Shown one piece after another: positions 9,706 through 18,533 of a DNA stretch of 64,000 nt. Under the pieces are notes generated by a model that searched no databases, was not told where the DNA came from, and worked only from the letters and a program-made list of their open reading frames with translations. Source of the stretch: Chlamydiota bacterium (GTDB lineage Bacteria > Chlamydiota > Chlamydiia > Chlamydiales > Rhabdochlamydiaceae); NCBI GenBank assembly GCA_013288075.1, contig JABDCQ010000002.1, positions 32,447 to 96,446 of the forward strand. Direction: 5' to 3'. Numbering within the stretch: the first letter of the stretch is position 1; the number at the start of each line of letters is the position of its first letter. Both the position numbers and the translations under genes were made by a program.

Positions 9706-10347
9706 ATGGGTTATAAAATCTTAATCTTTACATTGCTAATGAGCTCTTTTACCCATAGAGGTTTTTCTGAAGATATGAAAATTGTCACAATAGATAGTCC
9801 TCTTCGAGATGTCTTAAAGAAGAAAACAGAAGAGATCAGGGAAAATGAGCTTGGGCTTGCTCGGGAAATTACTGAAAAATTATTCTTGGCATTAAAGCCT
9901 TATTTGCCTGCTGCCGGACTTGCAGCTCCCCAAATCGGAATTAGTAAATCTGTATTTATTTTTAGTTTTGATCGCGATCCCAAAAATCTGGAAGCAGTGA
10001 TTAATCCAAGCTTTATACCAGTAAGAGACACAAAAATAGAAGGATGGGAAGGCTGTTTTTCTGTCATGTTAAGCAATGGTCTTTGGAAACTTGCAAAAAT
10101 TCCCCGTTACGAAGCCATTCAAGTGACATACCTCAATCTAGAAGGAGAGAAAATTGAGAAGATATTAGAAGGATTTGGAGCTAAAGTTTTTCAGCATGAA
10201 TATGATCATTTGGAAGGCATTGAAAACATTGATAGAGAAGATGCCATTATTGAGACTTTCGATACAAAAGAAGCCATGTTCCATTTTATGCAGCAAGTCA
10301 AAAAAGAGGATTCAACGCATTATACAAAACCGAGCGCATCTCTTTGA
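9706..10347 (+). CDS. def: Peptide deformylase with signal-peptide-like N-terminus
   Basis: GLAAPQIG, EGCFS and QHEYDHLEG motifs. Confidence 0.9.
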   Translation: MGYKILIFTLLMSSFTHRGFSEDMKIVTIDSPLRDVLKKKTEEIRENELGLAREITEKLFLALKPYLPAAGLAAPQIGISKSVFIFSFDRDPKNLEAVINPSFIPVRDTKIEGWEGCFSVMLSNGLWKLAKIPRYEAIQVTYLNLEGEKIEKILEGFGAKVFQHEYDHLEGIENIDREDAIIETFDTKEAMFHFMQQVKKEDSTHYTKPSASL

Positions 10348-10453
10348 GACTGAGAATCAGTGTCTTAAGATTTCATTATGCTCGAAACTGACAAATGTCG
10401 ATTTTGAGCATAATAGATTGACATAAACATCATGCTCATTTTTAAGTCAGGGC

Positions 10454-10778
10454 ATGAAAGACCGAACTACTCTGCAAAAGACAATGGCTTATTCGCCAAG
10501 CGGCACACTCAGCCATCATCTTAAAGCTCTTGAAATTTGTGGGTTTATCAGTAAACATCCAGACTGGTCTTTAAAAACAGGTAAGCCAGGAAAACTGACC
10601 CTTTATCGGCTTTCCGACAATTATCTTCGCTTCTACATCCATTATATCGAACCCAATCTTACGAAAATTGAACAGGGGCCCTTTAGAAGTCCCTCTTTCT
10701 AGTTTACCTGGATGGGAACCCATGCTCGGCTTCCAACTCGAAAACCTTTTGCTGAAAAATAGATCTCTTCTTTTCTAA
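10454..10778 (+). pseudogene. Fragment of an AAA-ATPase/wHTH protein (archaeal-ATPase-like), frameshifted
   Basis: SGTLS..L..LE..GFI and YRLSDNYLRFY motifs; the similarity continues in another frame (GFQLENL). No P-loop. Confidence 0.65.
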
Positions 10779-10866
10779 GGGATTTTCTCTTAGAGGGAAT
10801 TTCTTGCTTTTAAAAATGGATGAGGCTTATTGTGTTTATGTAAAACTTTTAGCCTAAGGATTATAA

Positions 10867-12207
10867 ATGTTCAAATCTTTATTTCTTATTTTCTTTGCAT
10901 TAAGTGGTCTTCTTGAATCAAAAACAATTATGGTAGTGGGAACTCAATTTGGCGATGAGGGGAAAGGTAAATTTACCGATTTACTCAGTCAAAAAGCTGA
11001 TGCTGTAGTTAGAGGTCAAGGGGGCAGTAATGCCGGGCATACAATCCTTGTCAATGATGTTGAGCTTAAACTTCATCTTATTCCTTCAGGAATTATTCAC
11101 GATGGTGTGAAGTGCTACATTGGAGGAGATTGTGTTATTAATCCTCAAAAGTTTTTCGAAGAACTTGAAGATCTTTCTTCCAAAGGAATTTCGTTTGATA
11201 ATCGCCTCTGGATTTCTCCTTTTGCCCATGTTTTGTTGCCTTATCATGTTCTTTTGGATGAACTTGAAGAAGAGCGAAGAGGGGACGACAAAATTGGAAC
11301 GACGGGCCAAGGCATAGGCCCTTGCTACCAAGATAAAGCTTCTAGAAATGGGATTCGTGTTATTGATCTATTAGATGCGGAAAGGTTTAAAAAATTAGTC
11401 AATAGGCGCCTTAATGATATCAATAATCAGCTTGTTAACTTGTATGGAAGATTGCCTCTTGAAAAAGAGCAAATGATCAGCTTATTTCTTGGCTTTGGAG
11501 AAAGGCTAAGGCCTTTTGTGAATAAGGTTGAAGAAATGGTTGAATTGCATACTCAGAAAGGGGATTTTGTGGTTATTGAGGGGGCTCAGGCAAGCCTTTT
11601 AGACAACACTTATGGATTTTACCCAAAAGTCACCTCTTCTTTTACTTCTGCTTCCGGTATTTTGCATGGAACCGGGCTTAGCCCAAGGTCTGTTGGCCAC
11701 ATCTTGGGTGTTGTCAAAGCCTATATGACGATGTGTGGAAATGGGGTTTTCCCGACTGAAACCAAGTGCGAGGAGCAATTTCTCAACAACCAAATTGGCA
11801 GAGAAGTTGGGGTAACAGATGGTAAAAATAGAAGAATTGGGTGGTTTGATGTTCCTTTAACAAGACTCGGAATCCGTCTTGCTGGAGCAGACTCTTTAGC
11901 TTTAACGAAGCTAGATATTTTTGATAGCTTAGATGAGATTAAAGTTTGTACGCATTACCTTGATAAGAAGGGGAATAGATATAGCGATCTTTCTGAATTA
12001 GATTTTTTGCTTAAAGATATTGAGCCTGTATATGTGACATTTCCTGGCTGGAAGCTCGATATTACAAAAGCAAAAACATTTGATGAGCTCCCAGAAGAAG
12101 CTAGGAACTATGTGCGAAGCTTAGAAGTTTACTTAGGAAAGCCCATTTCTTTTGTTTCGGTTGGCCCTGATAGAAATCAAACCATTACTTTAAAAAATAT
12201 CCTATGA
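10867..12207 (+). CDS. purA: Adenylosuccinate synthetase homologue (divergent, hydrophobic N-terminal extension)
   Basis: QFGDEGKGK, NAGHT, IGTT..GIGPCY.DK, EGAQ, VTSS, TKLD and SVGP motifs. Confidence 0.85.
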   Translation: MFKSLFLIFFALSGLLESKTIMVVGTQFGDEGKGKFTDLLSQKADAVVRGQGGSNAGHTILVNDVELKLHLIPSGIIHDGVKCYIGGDCVINPQKFFEELEDLSSKGISFDNRLWISPFAHVLLPYHVLLDELEEERRGDDKIGTTGQGIGPCYQDKASRNGIRVIDLLDAERFKKLVNRRLNDINNQLVNLYGRLPLEKEQMISLFLGFGERLRPFVNKVEEMVELHTQKGDFVVIEGAQASLLDNTYGFYPKVTSSFTSASGILHGTGLSPRSVGHILGVVKAYMTMCGNGVFPTETKCEEQFLNNQIGREVGVTDGKNRRIGWFDVPLTRLGIRLAGADSLALTKLDIFDSLDEIKVCTHYLDKKGNRYSDLSELDFLLKDIEPVYVTFPGWKLDITKAKTFDELPEEARNYVRSLEVYLGKPISFVSVGPDRNQTITLKNIL

Positions 12208-12896
12208 GAAAGCTGTTTTTAGTGGCGCTTTTTTTTATCGCTCAAGCTTTGAATGCGGCCCAAACGCTTTATCCTGAGATAGGCTTATACGGAGATAACG
12301 TTCTAGAAAAGGAAGATAGCGAGCACCATTACGGACCGGATTTGGCTAAAGCTTATGAACAGTTTCTAAAAGAATATCCGGGAAAAGAGAAAGCAGAATT
12401 CTTTTCTTTTGTCAGCCAAAATATGCAAGGGATGCGAAAGGTTAAATATTTGGAAGCTGCTCACGAAAGAGAAGACCACCTTATAGAGATCAATGCAGAA
12501 GGCGCTTTCTATAAGCCATTGCCCATAGGAACTGCGTTAATGTTTGTCATGGATATTGAGGGCAACTTTTACGCTCATCAAAAAGTGAGAGGTGATGGAA
12601 AAACTCTTGGATTTCACCATACGACTTTTACAGGCGCAAGGGGTGTTGCTTTTGCAGGAACAATCCAAATTGATCAGCAGGGGAGACTTGAGTGGATAAG
12701 CGATGATAGCGGTCATTATAGGCCGCTATCAGGTGCATTAGCTTCTCTTTTAAGTCATTTGGAAAGCAAAGGCATTCCTCTTGAGAAAATCCATTTAGCG
12801 TTAAGAAGAACAACGCAGCTTGTAACTGCCAAGGAATGGCTAATAGCCTATGCCATCAAGAAAGACCCAATTCCCGGGGAAAACCTTTTACATTAG
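12204..12896 (+). CDS. Secreted protein with FHH..F..AG..SGHYRP domain (IQM-like/toxin-like)
   Basis: Signal peptide; FVMD.EG.FY, FHHTTF and SGHYRP motifs. ATGA overlap with the purA stop. Confidence 0.65.
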   Translation: MRKLFLVALFFIAQALNAAQTLYPEIGLYGDNVLEKEDSEHHYGPDLAKAYEQFLKEYPGKEKAEFFSFVSQNMQGMRKVKYLEAAHEREDHLIEINAEGAFYKPLPIGTALMFVMDIEGNFYAHQKVRGDGKTLGFHHTTFTGARGVAFAGTIQIDQQGRLEWISDDSGHYRPLSGALASLLSHLESKGIPLEKIHLALRRTTQLVTAKEWLIAYAIKKDPIPGENLLH

Positions 12897-13017
12897 GGGA
12901 ATAGTGGGTATCACGACTTGCATGAAATATTCTCTCCGATCACGTACCCGAACGTCTCGTTCTTTTTTGTGTTGTATTCTGAGCTGAGCTTTCTCGGCCT
13001 CGATTAAGTAATTCATG

Positions 13018-14595
13018 CTAAAAATCAAATAACTGTTTAAATACTTGGCCGAGGGTCCCCTTTGGATTCACGGTTAAAGCTATAGAGCGCCAGGCTATAA
13101 ATCCATCGGGGCGGACAAGAACTGCACCGTTTGGACTGATTTCATATTTTTCAGGCCAATTATTAGGAATCCTAAGGACCTTTAACGGAATGGGGAGCGT
13201 TAAGTCTATGCAAGCTTTCTGCCATGCTGACCCGCTCTCTCCAATCAAGAGAACATATTCTTTTTCAAAAAGATCTGCCTCTTCCATTCCTGGAATATAG
13301 AAAGCTCGAATTCCAGGCAAAGTAGTTGGTACATACGTAGATGCAGATTTGCTTAGAGTTTGGTCATTTTCGGAAATCACAGCTTTAGAGTGATAAATAT
13401 AACCTAAATCCAACCCTTCAAAATTGAGATTTTTATGTTGTTCTTGAATTTCATTTGTCACTTCCTCTAGATTACCCGATTTTAAAGCAGCGGCAATCTT
13501 GACATATCGCTTTGCATTTTCAATGCTCCATAAGATATTTCGAAGCGCTACTGGTGATCGCTCTTCAAAGTAGGTATCAAGCAATGAATCAGATACTTGA
13601 TAATTAAGGACAAAGGCTAGCTTCCAAGCAAGATTGTGCGCGTCTTGAATGCCTGTATTCATTCCAAGGCCTCCTGTAGGAGGAATTCGATGCGCCGCAT
13701 CACCCACAAGAAAAACCCTATCTTTTCTATACTCTTTTGCTACCTGAGCTCCCATTGTCCAGAAGCTTTTATGCATAATGTGAATGGGAAGATGGTAGGC
13801 ATTTATGACTCGTTTTACCTCACTCATACAATAGTCATCTGTGAAAGTTTCTTGCGATTCTGTGGGCTTAAATTGCATAAATACAATCCACCGATTGGGA
13901 CCATCTCCTGAAAGCAACAAACGCCCTGCTAGATGTGGATCTGTAAAAAAGTAGCCAAAACAAGGTCGATGTTGAGTCCATTTTGAGATATCAAGCTCAC
14001 AATAAACGCTACAATACCGCCCCAGATCACTAGACCCATCCATCTCTATCCCTAATTGTTGCCTGATGCGACTTTGGGCTCCATCTGCAGCAATTAAATA
14101 TTTTGCTTGGATCAACTCAGGTTGATTGGTTACCCGATTTACAACAGAAGCCGTGACCCCATTTTCGTCTTGCTTAAAAGAAATCAGCTCTTTTGAAAAT
14201 TCGACACTGTTGTTTGGGCAGTGCATAAGAGTATGATAAAGAGATTCTTCTACTTTATTTTGCGTAACAAAACTGGATTGAGCAGTACAAAATGCTTGAA
14301 GGTGTTCATCCTCAATAAAGGTTCTGGTAACTTCTGGGCCTTGAAGTGATTCTGCCCAAATAAAACGCCTAGCTTCTTTTGGCTGTTCTTCTCTCAGCAA
14401 TTCATCTGCATTTCCCCATTGTCGGAAGAGTTCCATTGTCCTCATGCTTACGCCCCGAGTACGAGGGTACAAAACAGTCCCTGAATTGCGCTCAATAAGT
14501 AATGAAGAAATGTTTTGTCGAGCCAATGCTAATGCCATGCTCAATCCAACAGGCCCGCCTCCGACTATGAGGACTGGTATAGTTCTAGTTTCCAA
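13018..14595 (-). CDS. FAD-dependent monooxygenase (FAD_binding_3 type)
   Basis: GGGPVG, AADGAQS, GDAAH.IPP.GG.GMNTG and VRPDG motifs. Confidence 0.9.
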   Translation of the reverse strand: METRTIPVLIVGGGPVGLSMALALARQNISSLLIERNSGTVLYPRTRGVSMRTMELFRQWGNADELLREEQPKEARRFIWAESLQGPEVTRTFIEDEHLQAFCTAQSSFVTQNKVEESLYHTLMHCPNNSVEFSKELISFKQDENGVTASVVNRVTNQPELIQAKYLIAADGAQSRIRQQLGIEMDGSSDLGRYCSVYCELDISKWTQHRPCFGYFFTDPHLAGRLLLSGDGPNRWIVFMQFKPTESQETFTDDYCMSEVKRVINAYHLPIHIMHKSFWTMGAQVAKEYRKDRVFLVGDAAHRIPPTGGLGMNTGIQDAHNLAWKLAFVLNYQVSDSLLDTYFEERSPVALRNILWSIENAKRYVKIAAALKSGNLEEVTNEIQEQHKNLNFEGLDLGYIYHSKAVISENDQTLSKSASTYVPTTLPGIRAFYIPGMEEADLFEKEYVLLIGESGSAWQKACIDLTLPIPLKVLRIPNNWPEKYEISPNGAVLVRPDGFIAWRSIALTVNPKGTLGQVFKQLFDF

Positions 14596-14669
14596 TTAAT
14601 CCCTCACGTAATTTGGACAACAGCATATCATTTTGATGCAATCTTGGTCATCGATTTTCTTTCAAGAAG

Positions 14670-15551
14670 ATGCGGGCATTGCATGAGAAAGGGATTGTTG
14701 GTGTTCGAGGAGTACCTGGTTATAAAGTAAAATACGAACAATTCATCAATGCAGCTAGAAGATTTAGTGCTCTTCCTGAAGCGGTAAAAGAGAGCTATAA
14801 GCCAAACAGAGCCCTTGGAGAGACTTTTCTCGGATATGAAATGGGGAAAGAAAAATTTAAGAGACCAGATGGCACTTGGGTGGTTGACGACCTAAAGACT
14901 TCCTACTATGCATATATTCCTGATAGCACTAAAAACAAATGGCCTTTGGAAGTTAATTTGAAAGAGCCATTTGAAGCTTTAGGGCAATTAATGGCAGATA
15001 CTGGCGAGCTAGTTATGCACAAAATTGGACTTTTGGGAAGTGCTACAGGTTTTGAACTAGAAGAAGAATCTCGATTAGGCCGTATGCTCTATTATCGTAA
15101 GAGTGACAATAATGAAAATCCTTATTGGTGTGGAGCTCATTTTGATCATGGCTTATTTACAGTCATTCTTCCTGCAGTTTATTTTGTACAAGGAGAACAA
15201 ACCCCTGAGCCCTCGGAAGCAGGCCTTTTTGTACGAACATCAGAAGAAGCTTCCTTTAAAAAGGTGCCAGCCGAAGATTTTGATGTGATGATGTTTCAAG
15301 TAGGTGAATTTGGACAGTTGGCAACTAATGACGGTGTTCGGGCTACAGAGCATCGTGTGCACAAAGCGATCGGTGCTATCGAACGATATACGCTTGCTGT
15401 ATTTTATAATGCGCCGATGGATATCTCAATTCGCTCGGAATCTGTATTAACAAATGACGCTAGATATGGAGCCAAGATAGGAGAGTCATGCACGTATCGT
15501 CATTGGCATGAGGCTAGTTTTCAACGTTATGTGGTGAAAGAAAATAAATAA
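14670..15551 (+). CDS. 2-oxoglutarate/Fe(II) dioxygenase (IPNS-like), possibly N-truncated
   Basis: HFDHG, HRV and RYT motifs. Confidence 0.8.
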   Translation: MRALHEKGIVGVRGVPGYKVKYEQFINAARRFSALPEAVKESYKPNRALGETFLGYEMGKEKFKRPDGTWVVDDLKTSYYAYIPDSTKNKWPLEVNLKEPFEALGQLMADTGELVMHKIGLLGSATGFELEEESRLGRMLYYRKSDNNENPYWCGAHFDHGLFTVILPAVYFVQGEQTPEPSEAGLFVRTSEEASFKKVPAEDFDVMMFQVGEFGQLATNDGVRATEHRVHKAIGAIERYTLAVFYNAPMDISIRSESVLTNDARYGAKIGESCTYRHWHEASFQRYVVKENK

Positions 15552-15590
15552 CATCAGTTCAGCTGAAATAGTCTATAGCTCCTGAATCCT

Positions 15591-15750
15591 TCATTGTATG
15601 TCGCTAAAAACAAAAGCTTTAATTTCATCAAAAAAGCGATTTGGCAGATGAGCATGAATTAATTCTTCAAAGTCTCGAAAAGCAAGGAATAGTGTCCCTT
15701 CTCCAGCCAGAGAAATCTTTGAATATTTATCGGCTTCTTTATTCTCATGT
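15591..15750 (-). pseudogene. Possible N-terminal remnant of a methyltransferase-like gene
   Basis: Short frame ENKEADKYSKISLAGEGTLFLAFRD that stops early. Confidence 0.35.
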
Positions 15751-16605
15751 TTACATAGGTTTAGGAGGGGAAACAAAGGCGTGAAAACGCCATCTAGTCT
15801 TGTAACCAAGCTTAGAGCAAATGCCAAAGGCTAATCCTTCTGACATAAGATAGGAGCTGCCTAAGCGGGCACCATTTGCCGTAGCATGTTGCAGAGAAAA
15901 ACGGCAAAGAGCTGTGCTTAATCCCTGCTTGCGCAGCTCAGGTTTTGAAGCTAAATTCCAAAGGCTAACAACACCATCCTGGATCATTGTCGAGGCCGCA
16001 GAAACAACTTTACCTTGTTTGCGAGCTACCCAGTGGTACCACTGGCAGCTTTTTTCCTGTGCTAAATCCCACATGATCTCTTTGTAGGCTTCTTTTGTAG
16101 GGCTCTCTATGCCGAACACTTGACATATAAGGTCATTAAACTCTTCCATGGCCTTCTCGTCCTGGACCATCTCTAGAACACAGTCCTCAGGAATTGGCGT
16201 AGAGACAACAGGTATATCGAGGAGTCCTATCACACCGCGGAAGATCCCTGCATCGACGAAGTCATGTTTTTTTAGTGCTTCTTTAAACTCGGAGCTGGAG
16301 TCTTCTTCGACATACCAGAAAAATGGGGTGTTGCCAAAGAATTTGAGTTCTTCTTCAATACGCGCGTCATATTCTTTAGGATCTTTTAGCCAGCCCATAA
16401 CGGCATTAAAGTTAATTGTGGGAAGACCTGAGAAATATCTTTCGAGCGTGCCAATTTTTTGATAGTTTGCATTCGGGACGTACTGATAGTCGATGACTAA
16501 ATGATACATCTCATTGAAGTGTTTCTTAATCAGTTGTAGTTGCTGCTCATCAGAAATTTGATAAACATGCTCAGTGTGTGGAGTTGAATCAGCCATTTTG
16601 ATCAT
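15751..16605 (-). CDS. GNAT acetyltransferase
   Basis: C-terminal LRKQGLSTA and KLGY motifs. Confidence 0.8.
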   Translation of the reverse strand: MIKMADSTPHTEHVYQISDEQQLQLIKKHFNEMYHLVIDYQYVPNANYQKIGTLERYFSGLPTINFNAVMGWLKDPKEYDARIEEELKFFGNTPFFWYVEEDSSSEFKEALKKHDFVDAGIFRGVIGLLDIPVVSTPIPEDCVLEMVQDEKAMEEFNDLICQVFGIESPTKEAYKEIMWDLAQEKSCQWYHWVARKQGKVVSAASTMIQDGVVSLWNLASKPELRKQGLSTALCRFSLQHATANGARLGSSYLMSEGLAFGICSKLGYKTRWRFHAFVSPPKPM

Positions 16606-16928
16606 CCTATCATTGATGTGATACCTAATTACGGTATCTCATTTTCAAAATTCGGTAAATTAAAAAAAGTGGTAAATTCTTAATATTAGTTATTTTTTAT
16701 TTTCTTATTCATCATTCATATCATTTATATCGTGTTTTTTTTCGCTTGGCTTCCAACGCTTTGACCTGTAGGCCTTTGGTTTAAGTTAACATGGGAATTT
16801 AGTCGAAGGCCCATTTTCTTTTAGCTTGCATGCAAAGCGCCCCTGAATGCAAAATCGAAAAAATTATCATCTTGTTAAAGGGGTCTATTATGTTACAAAA
16901 GCCTCACGTAAGGCAGCTCCAAAGTTAT

Positions 16929-17459
16929 ATGAGATTGTTTTTATTGCTATGTGCTCTTTTTATTTCTCCTTGCCACCTTGAAGCATCAAAAAATAAAGAA
17001 GTTACCTTAGCGCAGCTTAATAGACAGCCAGTAGTGTATTATCTGTATGTTGCAGATTTTATAGATAGTTTTATTCAAATAACAACAACTCCTTTAGGTG
17101 GATCCACAACAAGTTCAACATACCTTGCAGGAAGAGCTCCAATTTATAATTTCAATAATGAGAAGGTCGGGACATGTTCTGCCTCTTTTTTATGCATGCA
17201 AAATGCGGATGGAATTTATACAGATATAGCCAACTTTTTATCTGTTGATAATGGATTAATCGTATCGTGGTTTACTCCCACAAAATTAAGGGGTTTAGAA
17301 TTAGATACTATCGTTAATTCCATGGTTACTGAGTGCATGGTGGTGGCCTCGACCAAGATTGTTGTTAATCCTTTTTATGGACAGAGTTTTAACTTAATTG
17401 TTTCATCGAGTGGCGGAAAAATCTATTTTCAATTTACAAGAACAGGGACGATTTTCTGA
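16929..17459 (+). CDS. Secreted beta-rich protein, dirigent/allene-oxide-cyclase-like
   Basis: Signal peptide; APIYNFNNEKVGTCSASFLC beta-strand pattern. The fold is inferred. Confidence 0.45.
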   Translation: MRLFLLLCALFISPCHLEASKNKEVTLAQLNRQPVVYYLYVADFIDSFIQITTTPLGGSTTSSTYLAGRAPIYNFNNEKVGTCSASFLCMQNADGIYTDIANFLSVDNGLIVSWFTPTKLRGLELDTIVNSMVTECMVVASTKIVVNPFYGQSFNLIVSSSGGKIYFQFTRTGTIF

Positions 17460-17488
17460 TCTGAGGTCTAATTAACTAAAGGAACTTT

Positions 17489-18271
17489 ATGAAACGCATC
17501 TTTACTTCACTTTCTTTGCTAGCAAGCACGATTTCAGGTGCTGTTAATGCTGAATGCTGCTCTGAACCTCTGGATTATTCTTTCTATATTAAGGTGGGCT
17601 CAGGGATCTCGTTTTCAGAGTCTGCTCATGTTGTTGCGCCTCCTCCAACATGGAATGAAGCCGTTCAAGGGTATAATGCAACACTTGGAAGCCCGGCAAT
17701 TGGGGCTTTTAGCATTGGCTGTGAGCTCATGCATTTAATGGATTTGGAAGTGAGTATTTCCAATCGCTCGACGTTTAAATATAGAAAATTTCAAACTCCT
17801 ACTGATGGGGGAGACTCTTACACAAGACAATTTGATCTTGATGTTACACCTATTCTCTTTTCGCTAAATCTTCTTGGAGCAGATATTCCTTATTTACATT
17901 GGGATATCGGCTGCAGCAAGATCTATCCGATGATAGGAGCCGGTGTTGGTGTTAGCCGTCTTTTAATCACAAATTTCAGAACAACGGGGCTGCCCCCTTC
18001 TGGGGATTCCTCTCCATTTGCAAGTTTTTCTGCCGAAAATGAGTACACACTGCGCAAAAATTTTACTTATACACTTCTTGCCGGCCTTGAGTACAATTAC
18101 AGTGATTATTGGGCCCTTGGAACAGGTTACCGCTTTTTTGATGCCGGTAATTTTAAGGGACCTCGATTTCAAAGAGTTGCTACAGGAGCTGCCGTTGATG
18201 TAGAGGGACAGGAATGGAGAATGCGTTTTAGAGCAAACGAATGGTTTATTGAATTTAAAATTTTCCTATAG
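17489..18271 (+). CDS. Outer-membrane beta-barrel protein
   Basis: Signal peptide, GAGVGVS, GYRFFD and a terminal aromatic strand. Confidence 0.75.
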   Translation: MKRIFTSLSLLASTISGAVNAECCSEPLDYSFYIKVGSGISFSESAHVVAPPPTWNEAVQGYNATLGSPAIGAFSIGCELMHLMDLEVSISNRSTFKYRKFQTPTDGGDSYTRQFDLDVTPILFSLNLLGADIPYLHWDIGCSKIYPMIGAGVGVSRLLITNFRTTGLPPSGDSSPFASFSAENEYTLRKNFTYTLLAGLEYNYSDYWALGTGYRFFDAGNFKGPRFQRVATGAAVDVEGQEWRMRFRANEWFIEFKIFL

Positions 18272-18330
18272 GATATTGAATGACGGAGGAATCAATGGCA
18301 TTATTGCATAATCTTAGCACAAGAATACAT

Positions 18331-18500
18331 AGAGAGATAAAATTTTCCTCTCCTCTCTTTTTCTTCTCTGTGGTTTCTTTCCTCTGTGGTTTTATCTTTG
18401 GCTAACACTTGAGCTCACAAGAACTTGCATTTTTTTAAACCACAGAGGAAAGAAACCACAGAGAAGAAAAAGAGAGGAGAGATTTTATTCTCTCTGTTAT
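18331..18500. repeat. Long palindromic element, family A copy 3
   Basis: ctctgtggtttctttcctctgtggttt pairs with aaaccacagaggaaagaaaccacagag; loop tatctttggctaa..cttgcattttt. Confidence 0.9.
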
Positions 18501-18533
18501 TTTTCTTATTACGCAACAACACCGGAATCATCT

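Noticed and set aside
10867..12207. PurZ (Z-genome enzyme)
   Set aside because: It keeps Asp in GDEGKG, where PurZ has Ser, and there is no phage context.
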